Assembly (NCBI GenBank): GCA_012295275.1
Contig: CM022675.1
Span: 868,001 to 932,000 of the forward strand
DNA: 64,000 nt
Direction of reading: 5' to 3'
From: Chrysomallon squamiferum
Lineage: Eukaryota > Animalia > Mollusca
The notes beneath the pieces are model-generated. The model had not been told where the DNA came from, did not search any database, and saw nothing but the letters and a program-made list of their open reading frames with translations. The translations under genes and the position numbers were made by a program. How positions within the stretch are numbered: the first letter of the stretch is position 1; the number at the start of each line of letters is the position of its first letter. Positions 1 through 13,196 of this stretch are shown piece after piece.

Positions 1-157
1 CACTTTCAATTATATTTTCACACCAGTTATTTCAAAACTTTTGAAAAAATGACAATTCAATTTTTGGAATGGATTTTATTATTATTTTTTTTTTTTTTTT
101 TAACAGAAGCTTTTGTTTGCTTCACTGGTGAAAAAAATAAAAGTTTTATTATTATTA

Positions 158-475
158 CTGGTTTAAATTCCCTTTTCCAAAATGCTTGAGACCAGAAGTA
201 TTTTGGATTTTCAAATATAAGTCTGATAATGGGATCTCTTAAATGGTTTGGTCTTGTAGTGTTTCACATTTTGGAACACAAACAAGCTGAGAATCATATC
301 TTGGTCTAAATATGAATTCCATTTATATTTTATTCAGGGCATACATAATATATGTTTTATATATCATATTTTTAACAATTTTGTGCTTTAAACAAATTCT
401 GTGTAAGCAAAACAGTCCACTGCTTGGAAAATATTTCAGGTTTTCAAACATTTTTGGATAACAGATTTCAATCTG
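158..475. mobile_element. Degenerate TcMar-Tigger (pogo)-type MITE resembling Tigger4/Zombi (MER46-type), in an ESYT intron
   Basis: TA on both sides (156-157, 476-477). Degenerate terminal inverted repeats: CTGGTTTAAATTCCCTTTTCCAAAA vs revcomp of right end CAGATTGAAATCTGTTATCCAAAAA. Blocks CCAAAATGCTTGAGACCAGAAGTATTTTGGATTT, GTCTAAATATGAATTCCATTTATATTT and ATTTTGTGCTTTAAACAAA resemble the Tigger4 consensus as recalled from memory (not searched). Confidence 0.6.
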
Positions 476-799
476 TACTATTCATAGTATTTTAATAAAA
501 TTGAACAAAAAACAAAAACAAAAAACAAAAAAAATTCTTTAAATCTGGACCATAAGTTTATTCATTTATAACACACAGTTTATTAAATATTTGGGTTTTA
601 ACAATTGAAATCTCTGTAATTTTTGTTATGTCATATGTAAATAAACAAAATAATAATAAAAGATTCATTATAAATATTAGCAATTACGACGGAATGAAAT
701 TAATGTAAAAATCAGTTTTTATTATAATTTTATATGCATCTGCACTATTTATTTTTGCCTAACTGAATTAGTGAATATAAAATAGATAATTAAAATACA

Positions 800-833
<34 letters not shown>

Positions 834-1270
834 AATTATTATAAAATTATACAATGAAATATTTAAAAATTATTAATATGATTATTATTTTATTATTATC
901 ACTGTTTCTATAACGGTTCAGTGTCTCGAAAAAGATATAAATAATGTCCATCGTTTCTGGTCGTCTGCCTACGATTTGCAAAATGTCTGATGCAGAAACA
1001 TAAAATTCAACTAATATTTTGTGCCAAAAAAAAAAATAATAATAATAATAAATACAATGACTTTTTAGCTTTTCAAAGAATATTTATAGTTCTCTAGTCA
1101 TTTAACAAAATATTAATACCTGCTAAATAATTTGTTGTGTACTGACATAAGTTTCCTGAGCAGGTGTATGAGAAGGTTTAATTGTGGGGACGAATAGACT
1201 TGGGGCGAGCTAATTAGCATTATTTGTTGAACTATCTGACAATTTAAAACAAACAAAACTTTTTAATTAC

Positions 1271-1564
1271 CCATGAAGGCAGTTCTTCCACCCTTGCAAG
1301 AATTGCAGCTTTTTCTCTGCGTGCAATATCCTGTGAAATATTTATTTTATATTTCATCTTCTGGGTATGTTTACTTTTCCATGAGTAGACCATTAATCCA
1401 AGCAGGAGCCAGCTCGGATTAATGTGATAATATCCACAAGTCCAGATGAATAAAGTTGCTCCGGCAAGTTTAAAATATCGAGTGACAACGTTAAATATCC
1501 GTGTGTCATCGTCTACATGTCTTCTTGTTGGAGAACTGTCCCTACTAGTACTTGTTCTCGACAT
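1271..1564 (-). CDS. ESYT2: Extended synaptotagmin (E-Syt), first coding exon; gene continues beyond the left edge
   Basis: ATG at 1564, 98 codons MSRTSTSRDSSP...FKLAGATLFIWTCGYYHINPSWLLLGLMVYSWK...ILARVEELPSW, then phase-0 donor TGG|gtaatt. Hydrophobic hairpin followed by the E-Syt ELPSW motif that precedes the SMP domain. Vertebrate paralogue (ESYT1/2/3) cannot be resolved. Confidence 0.85.
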
Positions 1565-1679
1565 TATGAAGGAATGTACTTTTTCACCTCTGCATACCTT
1601 AACTGGAGCTTCTGGCCTGGTTTGTCGATATAATAACAGTATACAGAAGTAGACAAGAAACACTGTTGAGACAACTCGT

Positions 1680-1725
1680 TGATTGGCCAATATGGATCAA
1701 AGTGGCGCTGCGCACGCGCACTTCT
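1680..1725. promoter_or_regulatory. ESYT proximal promoter: back-to-back CCAAT boxes and an NRF1-like GCGC motif
   Basis: ATTGG-CCAAT at 1682-1691 and GCGCTGCGCACGCGCA at ~1705-1720, 120-160 bp upstream of the ESYT ATG in otherwise CpG-poor DNA. Confidence 0.5.
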
Positions 1726-1732
1726 GGCTCGC

Positions 1733-3086
1733 TATTACATCCGTTGTAAACATTGCCATGAAATGAAATGCAGAATGGGTCATCTAAACTGTAAGACTGC
1801 CGGTCATTATAGTACAGCAACGATATATTTAATCAGTTACAGCTTGAAAGAGGAAAGAGTGTGCATCCAGACATATACACACAAAAATTACAATTTTAAA
1901 TCTCAGCTTTATATGTTTATTTGGTTTCGGCTGAAGCTATGACAACTATATTATTACGTGATTATCAAACATTACATTACACAATAACTGTTCAGCGATT
2001 ACGCTCAGAAATGTTTATGTTTATTTCTTGAATTGCTTTCCTTTGAAGTGATATTGCGATTTTTAACCAAATCGGGAAAAAGATGGAAAATTATTTATTT
2101 TTATGAAGGTGGATGAATTCATTTTATTTTATTTCATCCATAAATGATTTGTTTTAAATTTTATTTTATTACTAATATTGGTGTTGTTGTTGTTTTATTA
2201 AAAATACGAATTATATTTATTTATTTATATATTATGAACAAAAATGCATTTTTCCTGTTCCTCAACTCATCAGTACAAACACCCCCCTCAAAAAAAAAAC
2301 TATAAACAAACAAACAAAAAAAAAACAAACAAAAAAATCTCGCGATCTCACGAGGAAAAACTTAACTATCTGATGTGTTGCAGCATGAGAGGTAGAGTGG
2401 ACGCCTTCAGGTGCCGATGACTTACTTTTCTCTTAACAGATAATAATTATTTGTTACAAATCTAATCTTCTAACACGTTATTAATTTACTAAATGTGCAG
2501 ACATCATGGAAATGGCCGCTTAATCTCGTCAACGTGTTAAAAATGTCTAGCACAACCAACAGGAACATTTTAAAATCTTCATAAACTTTCTAATATTTTA
2601 CTACCTGTGGAAATAGTGTACAGTTATTTTTAGAATCAGAGTAAGCACATTCGTGCATTCAAGGTGCAGATAAAACACATGAATGCAATATGGATTTTAA
2701 TTACTTTAGTTGTTTGGGCTGGGTTTTTTTTTTTTTTTTTTTGGAAAAGAGGTTATATATTTTAGCGCGTGTTTTAATTCATATTATGTTTTGCAGAAAG
2801 AACGTTCAGTATTGATTTTTTATTTTATAGATGACAGAGTACATCCCGTGACCTACATTTTCTTTTTCTTCACCGTATCTCCAATATTATCACCACAATT
2901 AATTGTTTACTGACACATCACACCTGTCACACACACACAGAGGCGCATCCGCACGCAGATGTAACTCGTTGATATAATTATGCATGTGTGCGCGCGCGTG
3001 CAAAGAATACTGCAGCATAAATAGGTAAACATCAGTCTTTATTCCACACTCCTTATTTTGTGTTGTGCGTGCGTGCTTATATGCAC

Positions 3087-3160
<74 letters not shown>

Positions 3161-3337
3161 AATTATCACGTTAAAATTAACGACGGCAACAATAATATAA
3201 ATTTTAAAAGGAATGACCACTTAAATAAGTTAAGAGTAAGGTTTTTGAATAAAAGGAGTTCAAGAGTTTCGAATAGCTAATAAATAAATAACTTTAAAAT
3301 TCTGTTAAAGTAATTAGTGAGATGATATTTCATGACT

Positions 3338-3386
<49 letters not shown>

Positions 3387-5258
3387 CAACAATAATATAA
3401 ATTTTAAAAGGAATGACCACTTAAATGTTAAGAGTAAGGTTTTTGAATTGTTCAAAGTTTCGAATAGCCTTTAAAATTCGTTAATTTCATGACTGGCTTT
3501 AATTGTTGAAATGTTAGACAGCTAAATTAAACAACTGCTAAACGTTTTAGATTATATCCTCGGAATGAATTATTGACTGACTCTATGTTTCTTTTATTAT
3601 TATTAATTTTTTTAACTTAATATATAGCTTATGATTTATTGTTTCTTGTTATGGTTGGCTGCTAACATCATAAAATAAAAGGGATGAGGTTATTGATCTT
3701 TGATCTATTTTCTTTATGGGGACATCAAATACGCAAACTATTTAGCTGATGTATTTCACTGAACTGTAAATAATTGGCCTACAAATTGAAATTAACTCTG
3801 TTGGGAGAGAAAAAAAAAAAAAAAAAAATCATGTTTGTTTTAGTTTAGTTTTCTAATTAGAGATTCTCCATACCTAAACACAGCAGGAGCACACTAAACA
3901 TTTGTTACAACATTGTCACGTGATTTCCACTGGGCGTTGTAACGGTATCTGTTGAGTTAAATTTAATTTGCGTTATCCATGCCTGTATTACAAAAGGCGA
4001 ATATTTAGTGTGTTGACATTTCTGCGACAGACACACCCGCTGACCTGTCAGAAAGCGTGCCCGTCGCAGACGTGCTTAACAACAGCTAGCTCTGATTAGC
4101 ACGTTAATTTTTTTTTCATTTCATTTCGTGTGTTGACAATAGTACTTGGCTAGCTTGTTATCATTTATAAATGGCCATTGTCGCAAACTTTACGATACTG
4201 AAAAAAACTATTGGTAAGTAAACGAATTCAGTTTATTCGATTTAAGGAATGATGGAAGAAATGTTGCCTTTTAATCACGCACTCTGTATTGTATTATCTA
4301 CAGTCAGTTCGCATAATTCAGTTAGCATTCAGATACCTACCATTTAGCCTTTAGAAACTAGAACATAAACAAAATGTTTTGCAATATTATGAATATACAT
4401 TTTGTCAGAAACATAATCAAATAAAACATAAATAACAACAAAAACAACAACAACAATAATAATAATAACAAACTCGTTAATTTAAGGCGTTATCATTGAC
4501 CTGACAGCTGTAAACAATGTCTTTGTTTGATTCATGCATTCATTCAGTCAGCCCATATCCTTCCCATGTCGCTCGCTCGCTCTCACGCGCGCTCTTACAG
4601 GCAGCACCATACGCAAAAACACATACATACAGACATACTAACACGTAACTGTACTTGCAGGAAACTCACCATTATTTGTAAGACCTGTTTGACTGAATGA
4701 AATCATGTAACTGAATTAATCACAAATATTCCGATGAATCTAATTAATTATCGTTAACGTTTTTATTTATTTAGTTATTGTTTGTCTATTTGTTTATTCA
4801 TTAATTTTATAGAAAATATCTTGTAAATGGCATCTTCTCTGTGTTGCGATTTTGCTGCATATATATTCAATAAATAAATAAATAAATAAATGTTTACAAA
4901 GCCATGTCATTTTTTTTGGTTTGCTACTGATTTGTTTAATTTTTAGAAAGTTTTGTAATGATTAGAATCTTCCAGAATTTCATTTCTGTAGCTTAAAGCA
5001 GATTTAGTTTCCAAATATCTTTTAGAAAGCAAATCAAATTTATTCTTAAAATTATTTATTTTTAAAATTATTTATTCTTTGAACAAATGATTTATGAATA
5101 GATATTCCATCTCTGTTGTTGTTGTTTTTTTTGTTCTTTTTACATGACATATAAATAAAAGTATATCGATTATTGCTTAGATGTTAAAATAATAAACTAT
5201 CTCTTCTTAAATAAAAATGTTAATATTAACGTGAATTCAATCGACATTCTTTTCAACA
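1733..5258 (+). repeat. Segmental duplication, copy 1 (paralogue of 13574-16950)
   Basis: Colinear match from TATTACATCCGTT (1733/13574) to CTTTTCAACAA (~5258/~16950), including shared (CA)n, (GA)n and poly-A tracts. Confidence 0.95.
4019..4127. mobile_element. Short hairpin-rich insertion (truncated SINE/retroposon-like) flanked by an 11-bp direct repeat
   Basis: GTGTGTTGACA at 4008-4018 and 4128-4138. Absent from the paralogous site at ~15814-15827. Two internal inverted repeats; ends in a T-run plus (CATTT)n-like tail. Confidence 0.65.
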
Positions 5259-7595
5259 ATGAGGCTCTACATTTAAAAAAAGAGATAAACAATGCAACAT
5301 TTCAAACCCAAGGTGAACTTTGCAATAATAAACGCAGAAAACATTATCAGACGAATCATTCCACCGAGATATATGAAGATATTTAACAGCCTTCGTATAA
5401 TGCTACCCGAAAGTAACTGGTGATACTGCACACTTGACTTAAGAACAATAATTCTGCCAGATTGTGAGATACGCATTTCAGTTTTCAAACTTATATCCAT
5501 TTTTGGACTCTCGAGAATGTAGTACATGCTACTTTTGGTACTAGGTTAATATAAGTATATTATATCTATTTTAGTTACATACCTTACACGTTACATATTG
5601 TTTTAATCGATTTTTAACAACTAAACCAATCTACTAAATACCATCTGACAAAAGGTAAAAATACCGATTAGATAACATCATGATCATACTAAATTTACCA
5701 ACGCATAAAGCTAGATAATAAACGCAATAATGCGTGCCCTGACTATTTTATATTTTACTTCACAAGAAGGATTCTTCAGAATGAATGGGAAGAATGATCA
5801 ACAAAACTGTTACTGGTAATGCAGCAAAACTGTTTCGTAGAAAAATCGATCACACATTAGAAGTCTACAAAACTTGAGTACTGGTGCAACAGTACAACTG
5901 ACTTACTGTGGCTTTCCGTATAATAAAGTAATAGATTTCAGGCTTTTATAAAGTTTTTTTTTTTTGCTTTGGAAAAGACACGAATTTTACACCAACTATT
6001 CGTTCTGGATATTGATCATCGTTGTTACACATCTTTACTACGATTGTGGTTAGGCTTCCGCACGTGTTGACGAACACAAATGATTCTTTGTTTTCTAAAC
6101 TACCCGTTTGTATTATGGCCGACAAATAAGGGTTTCAGATAAGGGAAATAACTACAGTTACTAAACAATTCTCGTAAAGTCCCATTTAATTTACTTTATT
6201 GCATTATGTTAATTAAGAGAAAAATTTGTATTAATTTATATATGTATTGGTGTATGGTCTGGTTTCCTTGGGTTTTGGGGTTTTTTTTTTGTGTGTTGTT
6301 GTTTGTTTCTTTTTATTTTTTATTTTTATTTTTTTTACAAATGCTCCTACATAATATAATTCAAATAACAATAAATTACATTTATTGAAGGAAAACCAGA
6401 GAAGGGAAAAAAAAAAAATACTAATAATAAAGAAGAAGAAAAATTTATGTAAATGAGCAAATTTGAAAAGCAGACCAGAAAAAACCTGAGACAAATGATT
6501 TCATTTTTGCTTTGGATTTTTTCTCTTCACAGCTCAGAAATGTATTCATTTTCTTATTATAAAAAAGCAAGAAAATAAACAAAAAACAACCTTAAACAAC
6601 AAATTAATAAAGCAATTTAAACAGTAAAACAACCTTATCTTTTTATTATATTTTATTTATTTATTTTTAAATATAAAAAAATATATACTGTTTTGTTATA
6701 AATGTGTGTTATCTATAAGTGTGAACAGTTGGTAGTGATTAATTTCCCCCAAAATAACGATTCTTTTAGCTGTCCTTATGTTTATATCTTTTAAATGAAA
6801 TCCAAAAATTTACTTTATTGTAAAAAAAATATATATAATAAAAAGTATAAACTTACTTTTACTGTATGATATATTGTTAAAATTTCAATATTTGTTATTA
6901 TTTAAATGAATGGTGTTAATATAGTTAATATTGAAGATATTGTCTGCTGTAGGATCACAATGAACTGTCTTAAGTATTTTTTAAATGCTTAGAAAACAAG
7001 ATATATTCAGACCAAACAACTATAGAAAATAACAGATTTTAACCACATGTGTTTCTAAAAACAACTGGCAAAGAATTTTTCTGAAGAAAAAAAAAAAAAA
7101 AAAAATAAAAAATACACAAAATTTCTTACCTGTGTAATATTAATTTTTAATTTTTTTATTATCATTTGTTCTTCCATCTTCTTCTTTTAAAAAAAATATA
7201 TTTTTTTCTCTTTTTTTCTGTACTATTACTGTAATTTGCTGTTACCTTTAGTAGTTTTTTTTTTAATCAGGAAATGTTAAAAGTAAAATACAGAGAGCTT
7301 GTATATGAAAAGAGAACATTTTGCTGTTGTTCTTGTTGGAACTTTTATTTTCTTATTAAATTTTTCAAATTTTATTTTATTTTTAATTGTATACAATAGT
7401 TTGAACAATTTTTGTTAAAAAATATTTATTTTTAATCCATAAATACCTTGATTTTAGGGGCCATTCAGGATTATTTAAAATTAATCCTTAAAATTTACAG
7501 TTCACATAGTCCAGTACTTCAGTTATACATATCCCATTTTATTATTTTCAGAATGTTTTCATTTTCTTCAGGAGGTTTAGTTATACTTTTCAATA

Positions 7596-7703
<108 letters not shown>

Positions 7704-10144
7704 ATATGGATGTAGATGTATATGAAGGTGTATGTGTTGGTGTGTGTCTGTGTGTATGTGTCATAATCAGAAGAACTAAATCTATGGCAGACAGAAGAAA
7801 AAAGTGGCAGATGGCAGATTCTTCTCATTTAAAAAGTTGTATGCTGGTAACTGTCTAATTTTACTGGTTTTATTAATATCTGCATTTCTTCCGCTGTTTG
7901 AATTTTTATTATTCTAAGACAATGGCCATTGTTTTGTTGTTGTTCTTCTTATTTTGTTTAAATCTGTCTTTTTAATCTTGTTATACATTTTATGTGAATG
8001 TTTTGTTTATACATTTGGCTGTGTTAGACATACAATAGAAACAGTATTTAATAACTGTTGCTAACTTTACTGAAATTTATTTTAAAAATGTATCAACACC
8101 AATATGAATTAATTAAGTCAGTTTAAATAGATTGCTTTGAGTGCTGCTTTATTTAAATCAATTTTAATTCAGAAATTAGTGCATGAAGAAAAAACCATAA
8201 TTCCAATAGACCTGTTAAGAGTTGAATTTGGAAATATTATTATTACTATAAAAATGTTAAAATATTTAAATTCACAAGTTAGTTTCTCTAAAACACTTTT
8301 AATTCAAATATTTGAGAATGAATGTTAATATGAAATAACAAAAATAATTCAAACTGATCTGTGTTGGGTTTGAAAGTGTTTTATTACTATACAAATGTTA
8401 AAATATTTAAATTCAAGAGTTAGTTTATCAAAATATTTTAAATTCAATCAATTTAATAAATAAATGAATAAACAAAAATAATCCAAATAGAGCTACTTGT
8501 CAAAGCTTGTTTGGTAAAATCATTGGTTATATATATAAAAGTGTTCAGTTTGAAACTAGACAGTCACAAGAAAATATGTTTAAACTGGTTTAAGTTAGTT
8601 CGAATGCAAATTAAATGGACTGATTTAAATAAAACATTATTTTAAACAAAATGTCAGAAAAGTGAACTCGTAAATGCTTGTTACATATTAACTTATGTTA
8701 GTGTGAATGCAAATAAAATAGGCTGATTCAAATAAACCATTGTTTAAAGAAAATGCATCACAAAATTCAAAATGAATGCACAAATGCTTATTAAAATGTT
8801 TTAGTTTGGGACTTGATTGATGTAATAGAAAGAGCAACACAAAAACAAACAGAAGTAATAAATGAAAGCAAATTAATAATTGCAATAGTACATGTGTGCA
8901 TTTTGTTGCTATGTGATACGTTTAGCAGTAGATATTATTGTATAAGGGTGAATAACTGTTGACTTTTACTTTTTGTGTTTTTGAGTTGCTTTTGAATTTG
9001 TATACAACTGAAAAAAATAAAACATTAAAAAAGTTAACTGTCTGTTATTATTTGATAAAGTATTAATTTATTTCAGCTTTTGTATGTTTATCCACTTTAA
9101 CAATAACTTTAAACTTTACATAATGCATTTAGTGTTGATATCTTTCATGAAAAAACAAACAAAAAAAAAAAATATAAATATTAAAAAACAAAATTAAGAA
9201 TCAGTTGAATCACTTGAAAATTTACTGAATGTTTGTTAGTCCATTTTTAACAAGAAACAATAACATTAAAGTTAAACAGTTTATTTATTCTTTTAGTTTT
9301 CATGCAAAAAAAAAAAAAAAAAAAAAATTAAAAAGCCTTAAAAAATTAGGAAATATTTTAAACTAAAATACTGTCGCAGTGACTAGTCTGAATTTAGCTC
9401 GTCCCGCCTAACAGACTATAATAGTGTAACCTGACAAGGTGTTAATTATCTGATATAGCTTAAACTACTAAATGATTTTTCTCTATCCACTAGAGAACAA
9501 TAACACAAGAATTTAATATGAATAATATAAATTAACCCTCAAGGGTAATATATAGTTAAATTGTACGATGCGAACAATATGCTATAAAAACAAATAAATC
9601 AAACTGAACTAATTAAGCCCAATTGGTTAACTCATCTTTCTAACTAATCTTTTAATTATTAAAATATGTTATCTTAATTTTTAAGCTTGTAGAATAATAC
9701 AATAAAAATTCAAGAGGAATAGAGTTAGGTATCTTCAGCATGTAACACAAAACATTAAAACATAATTACACTGATTGAGTGGTCTTCAGATTTGTACCTC
9801 CAGGAGGGCACTGATCACAAATATCCAGTTCAAAATGTGTGCCGGTACTTACTAACCATTATATAGCAGCCTTTTTAATTTACTTTTAATGTCCATTTTG
9901 AGTTTGTCAATCCTAGTTTTTCTTAGTTTATAAAATAATAGAACTTCCCCTAATTATATAAATAAAAAGTTTATCAGCTTATTCCTCATTTTGTACAGTG
10001 GTGCTGGGGACTGCTTGTATGGTGTTTCCTTTACATACTTCATGATTTCCCAACAGCAGCAAACCTCTATGGATGTCCTCTCTGAAAAATATGTAAAATG
10101 AAAATAATTTTTTTTTTTAATGTGATAAATAAAAATATTCTAGT

Positions 10145-10180
<36 letters not shown>

Positions 10181-10910
10181 TCAAAATATATATATAAGAC
10201 AGATCTGTATGTATGCCCCAGCTCCATTATGTTTTTATTACTTTCTTAAAAAGATCAGAAAGGAGAATGAAAATGATTTCTTATACATTTTAGTTAACAT
10301 GATAATGTAGGAACATTCCTTAGCAGGTTCGAACTAAAATACAGTCACATATGTAACAAATGTTTCTAATATATATATAAAATATAAAATATAATGTGCA
10401 TGAATCCTACTAAATTTTGTGATCATCTGATTGACAGTTTTTATTATAGTAATCAGTTTTTTCTGTCTAGAAAAGGCATCATCAAGCTAAAAATATTAGT
10501 TAACAATGTGTGACATCACAAAAGGTCAGTACAAAGCACTTAGGCAAAGTCACAGTAAATACTGGTACCAAAACATCTCACACCACTGTTTTCATTTTTT
10601 TTTTTTTAAAAAATGCAAAGCTTAACAAATGTAAACATAAACAGGAATATTTCCTGAATAGGTAGATAATCTTTTTTTTTTTTAAATTAATATTATTATT
10701 GTTTTTATTACAATTACTATCTTATTATTTGTTGTTAGAATTATTTTTTTTATAATTATAATTGTTATTTTTATTGTTATTAATGCTGTTAATTTTATTA
10801 TTATAGTTGTTGTTGTAGTTACTGCTATTTTCTTTCAAAGTAAAACTTATCAGCATCTACATCAGTTCCCTCTCTATTTTTCAACTTTTTACCTTTATAA
10901 AATATAAATA

Positions 10911-13196
10911 TAAGGGAGACAGACAGAATGAGAGACAGAATGAGGGACAGATACAGTGATACGTATGTGGTGAGTCCAGACTGTCTGTGTTTATGAATCA
11001 CTCATTAAGATATAGTAGTGGTGTGAGAGCAGGGAAACATGACTTGTACATTGGACAAGTCAAATCTCTGTAAGCAGCACTGGACAAACCACAAGGCATA
11101 AAAAAACTAAACTGTTTGTATGTGACTGACCTCTCCCCTGTAAGCATGATGTCAATAATAGTAACAGATTGTTAAAATATATAAAAAGAGAGCCAAATTG
11201 ATTCCTCATACAACTGACATTCTATTTTGGTTAACATACTATGGAGTCTACTTCCCAATCCAAACAGGATACTTCCCATTGCAACCAAGCTATTTCCCAT
11301 TCAAACCAGAATATTGTGAACCTTTTGTTAACAGACCTTTCTGACCAAAGAAAAAAGATCCCTTTTTGCTAATCCCAAATTAGTAAAATCTTTATTTGAA
11401 CACATACCTTGTGGAATGGCATCCATTTTTTCAGTTTGGGACAATATCCAACACTTGCACACCTTGATAAGCACTTCCTGAAAATGTTCAACAAAAATAT
11501 GTTAAAAATTAAAAATTAATAATAAATAAATAACAGAATTCAAAGTAAGTTCTGCTATAAAATTTGAAAAAATGCAGTTTAATGCAATTTCTTTATTTGT
11601 TTTGTGATGTAAGTTATTCACTAATAATAAAGTATAATGATAAAATAACAAATAATAAAATGAAGGTGTATAATGTGAACCCATGTTTTGAAAAAAAAAA
11701 AACAAAAAACCCCAGTAATTAATAATGTTGACAACAATGATGATAATAACTATGAAGTCACATTTATGTTTATTTTCTTCAAACCATATGAAAAAGTACT
11801 AGAAATAAATTAACTTTATTAAATTGGAATGTTATTGACTAGCAATATTACACTTAAAATTATGATAACATTAAATTCATGTTATAATGTTCTAAGTTTA
11901 CTTGACCTGTGGTAATACAAAGTTTCTCGTATATTGTAGTTAGAAAAGACTGGCCTCCAAAAACAAATAATACAATCAGTTGGAAGTAAACAGATTTATA
12001 CTTTGTGTTTAAAAAGTAACAAAGTCTAAAATATATTCTTTACTTCATTATTAGACAAATATGTTCTCCAAAAGCAATGAAAAATTAATTAAATGTATAA
12101 TTACTTTGTCCCCTTCGTTCTCTTAAGCTGATTTCACGATCTGAAACCAAAATATTTTCATAAAAAATAAAAATAGCAGATGGAACTTTAAACATAAATA
12201 AAAATCTCACACACACACACACACACTCACACACACACACACACACACAAATGCAAACAAAATGCAAAAACATTTTGGATACATATTTATAAATTACTGC
12301 TAATACTATCAGAAAAAAAAAGCATTTAATGGAAATATAAAGAATAAATTTAAGGGAGACAGACAAAGAGAAACAAAGAGACAGAATGATGGATTCAGTG
12401 ATGTGAGTGTGGAGAGCTCAGACCGTGTCTGTGTTTACGAATCACTCATTATGATATAGTAGCTGGAATAAGAGCAGGGAATCATGAATTATACACTGGG
12501 GAATTCAAATCTCTAGCAGTACAGGTCTGTGTAAACAGCACCAAACAAATCACAAAGGCATAAAAAAGAAAATGAATGAATATGTATGTGAGACATATAC
12601 CTCTCACCTATATTGTTTGTACCAAATCTAATACTGTTATTAAAGAGGCCTATTTCTGCTGATCCCAAATTAGTAAAATATTTATTTGAAGATATACCTT
12701 GAGGATTAGCATCCATTTTGGGGACGGGACCCTGGTGTACATCAATTCCTTCTAATTGCTGTGCGACGTTTGGAATCTGATTTGCTGGTGATTTTCAATA
12801 AATAATTGAAAAATTAAAATTAATAAATAAGTTACACAACTCAAAGTAAGTTCTGCTATAAAATTAAAATATATGCAGCTTAATCTGATTTCTTTATTTG
12901 TTTTATTTTGTCATGTTAATTATTTGCTAATAATAAGGTAAGATGATAAAACAATAAAGAGTAGAACTATGCAGGTGAATCATTTCTTGTTGTTCTTTCA
13001 AAAAAATAGAAATAAAATACATGATAGTACCAGATCTAAGATCACATTTTTTTTTTTTATCTTCTTCAAGCCATATGGAAAATGTACCAGAAATAAATGG
13101 CCTTTATTTTAAACCCCTGTGATGGTAATACAAACTCGATTTTCTAAAAAAAAAAAAAAAAAAACAGCAGATGGAACTTTAGACATAAATAAAAAT
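10911..13196. repeat. Diverged tandem duplication (unit A 10911-~12205, unit B 12351-~13196)
   Basis: Both units begin TAAGGGAGACAGACA, share GAATCACTCATTA.GATATAGTAG, ATCCCAAATTAGTAAAAT and TCAAAGTAAGTTCTGCTATAAAATT, and end AGCAGATGGAACTTTA.ACATAAATAAAAAT. Confidence 0.9.

Noticed and set aside
1565-1690. N-terminal extension of the ESYT ORF (track ORF 1244-1690)
   Set aside because: Starts at TTG inside the CCAAT box; first in-frame ATG is 1564. The terminal VIKKFCLF is intron read-through.
4040-4075. Hammerhead ribozyme in the insertion (CTGA...GAAA)
   Set aside because: CTGA is followed by CCT rather than NGA, and the three-stem topology cannot be built.
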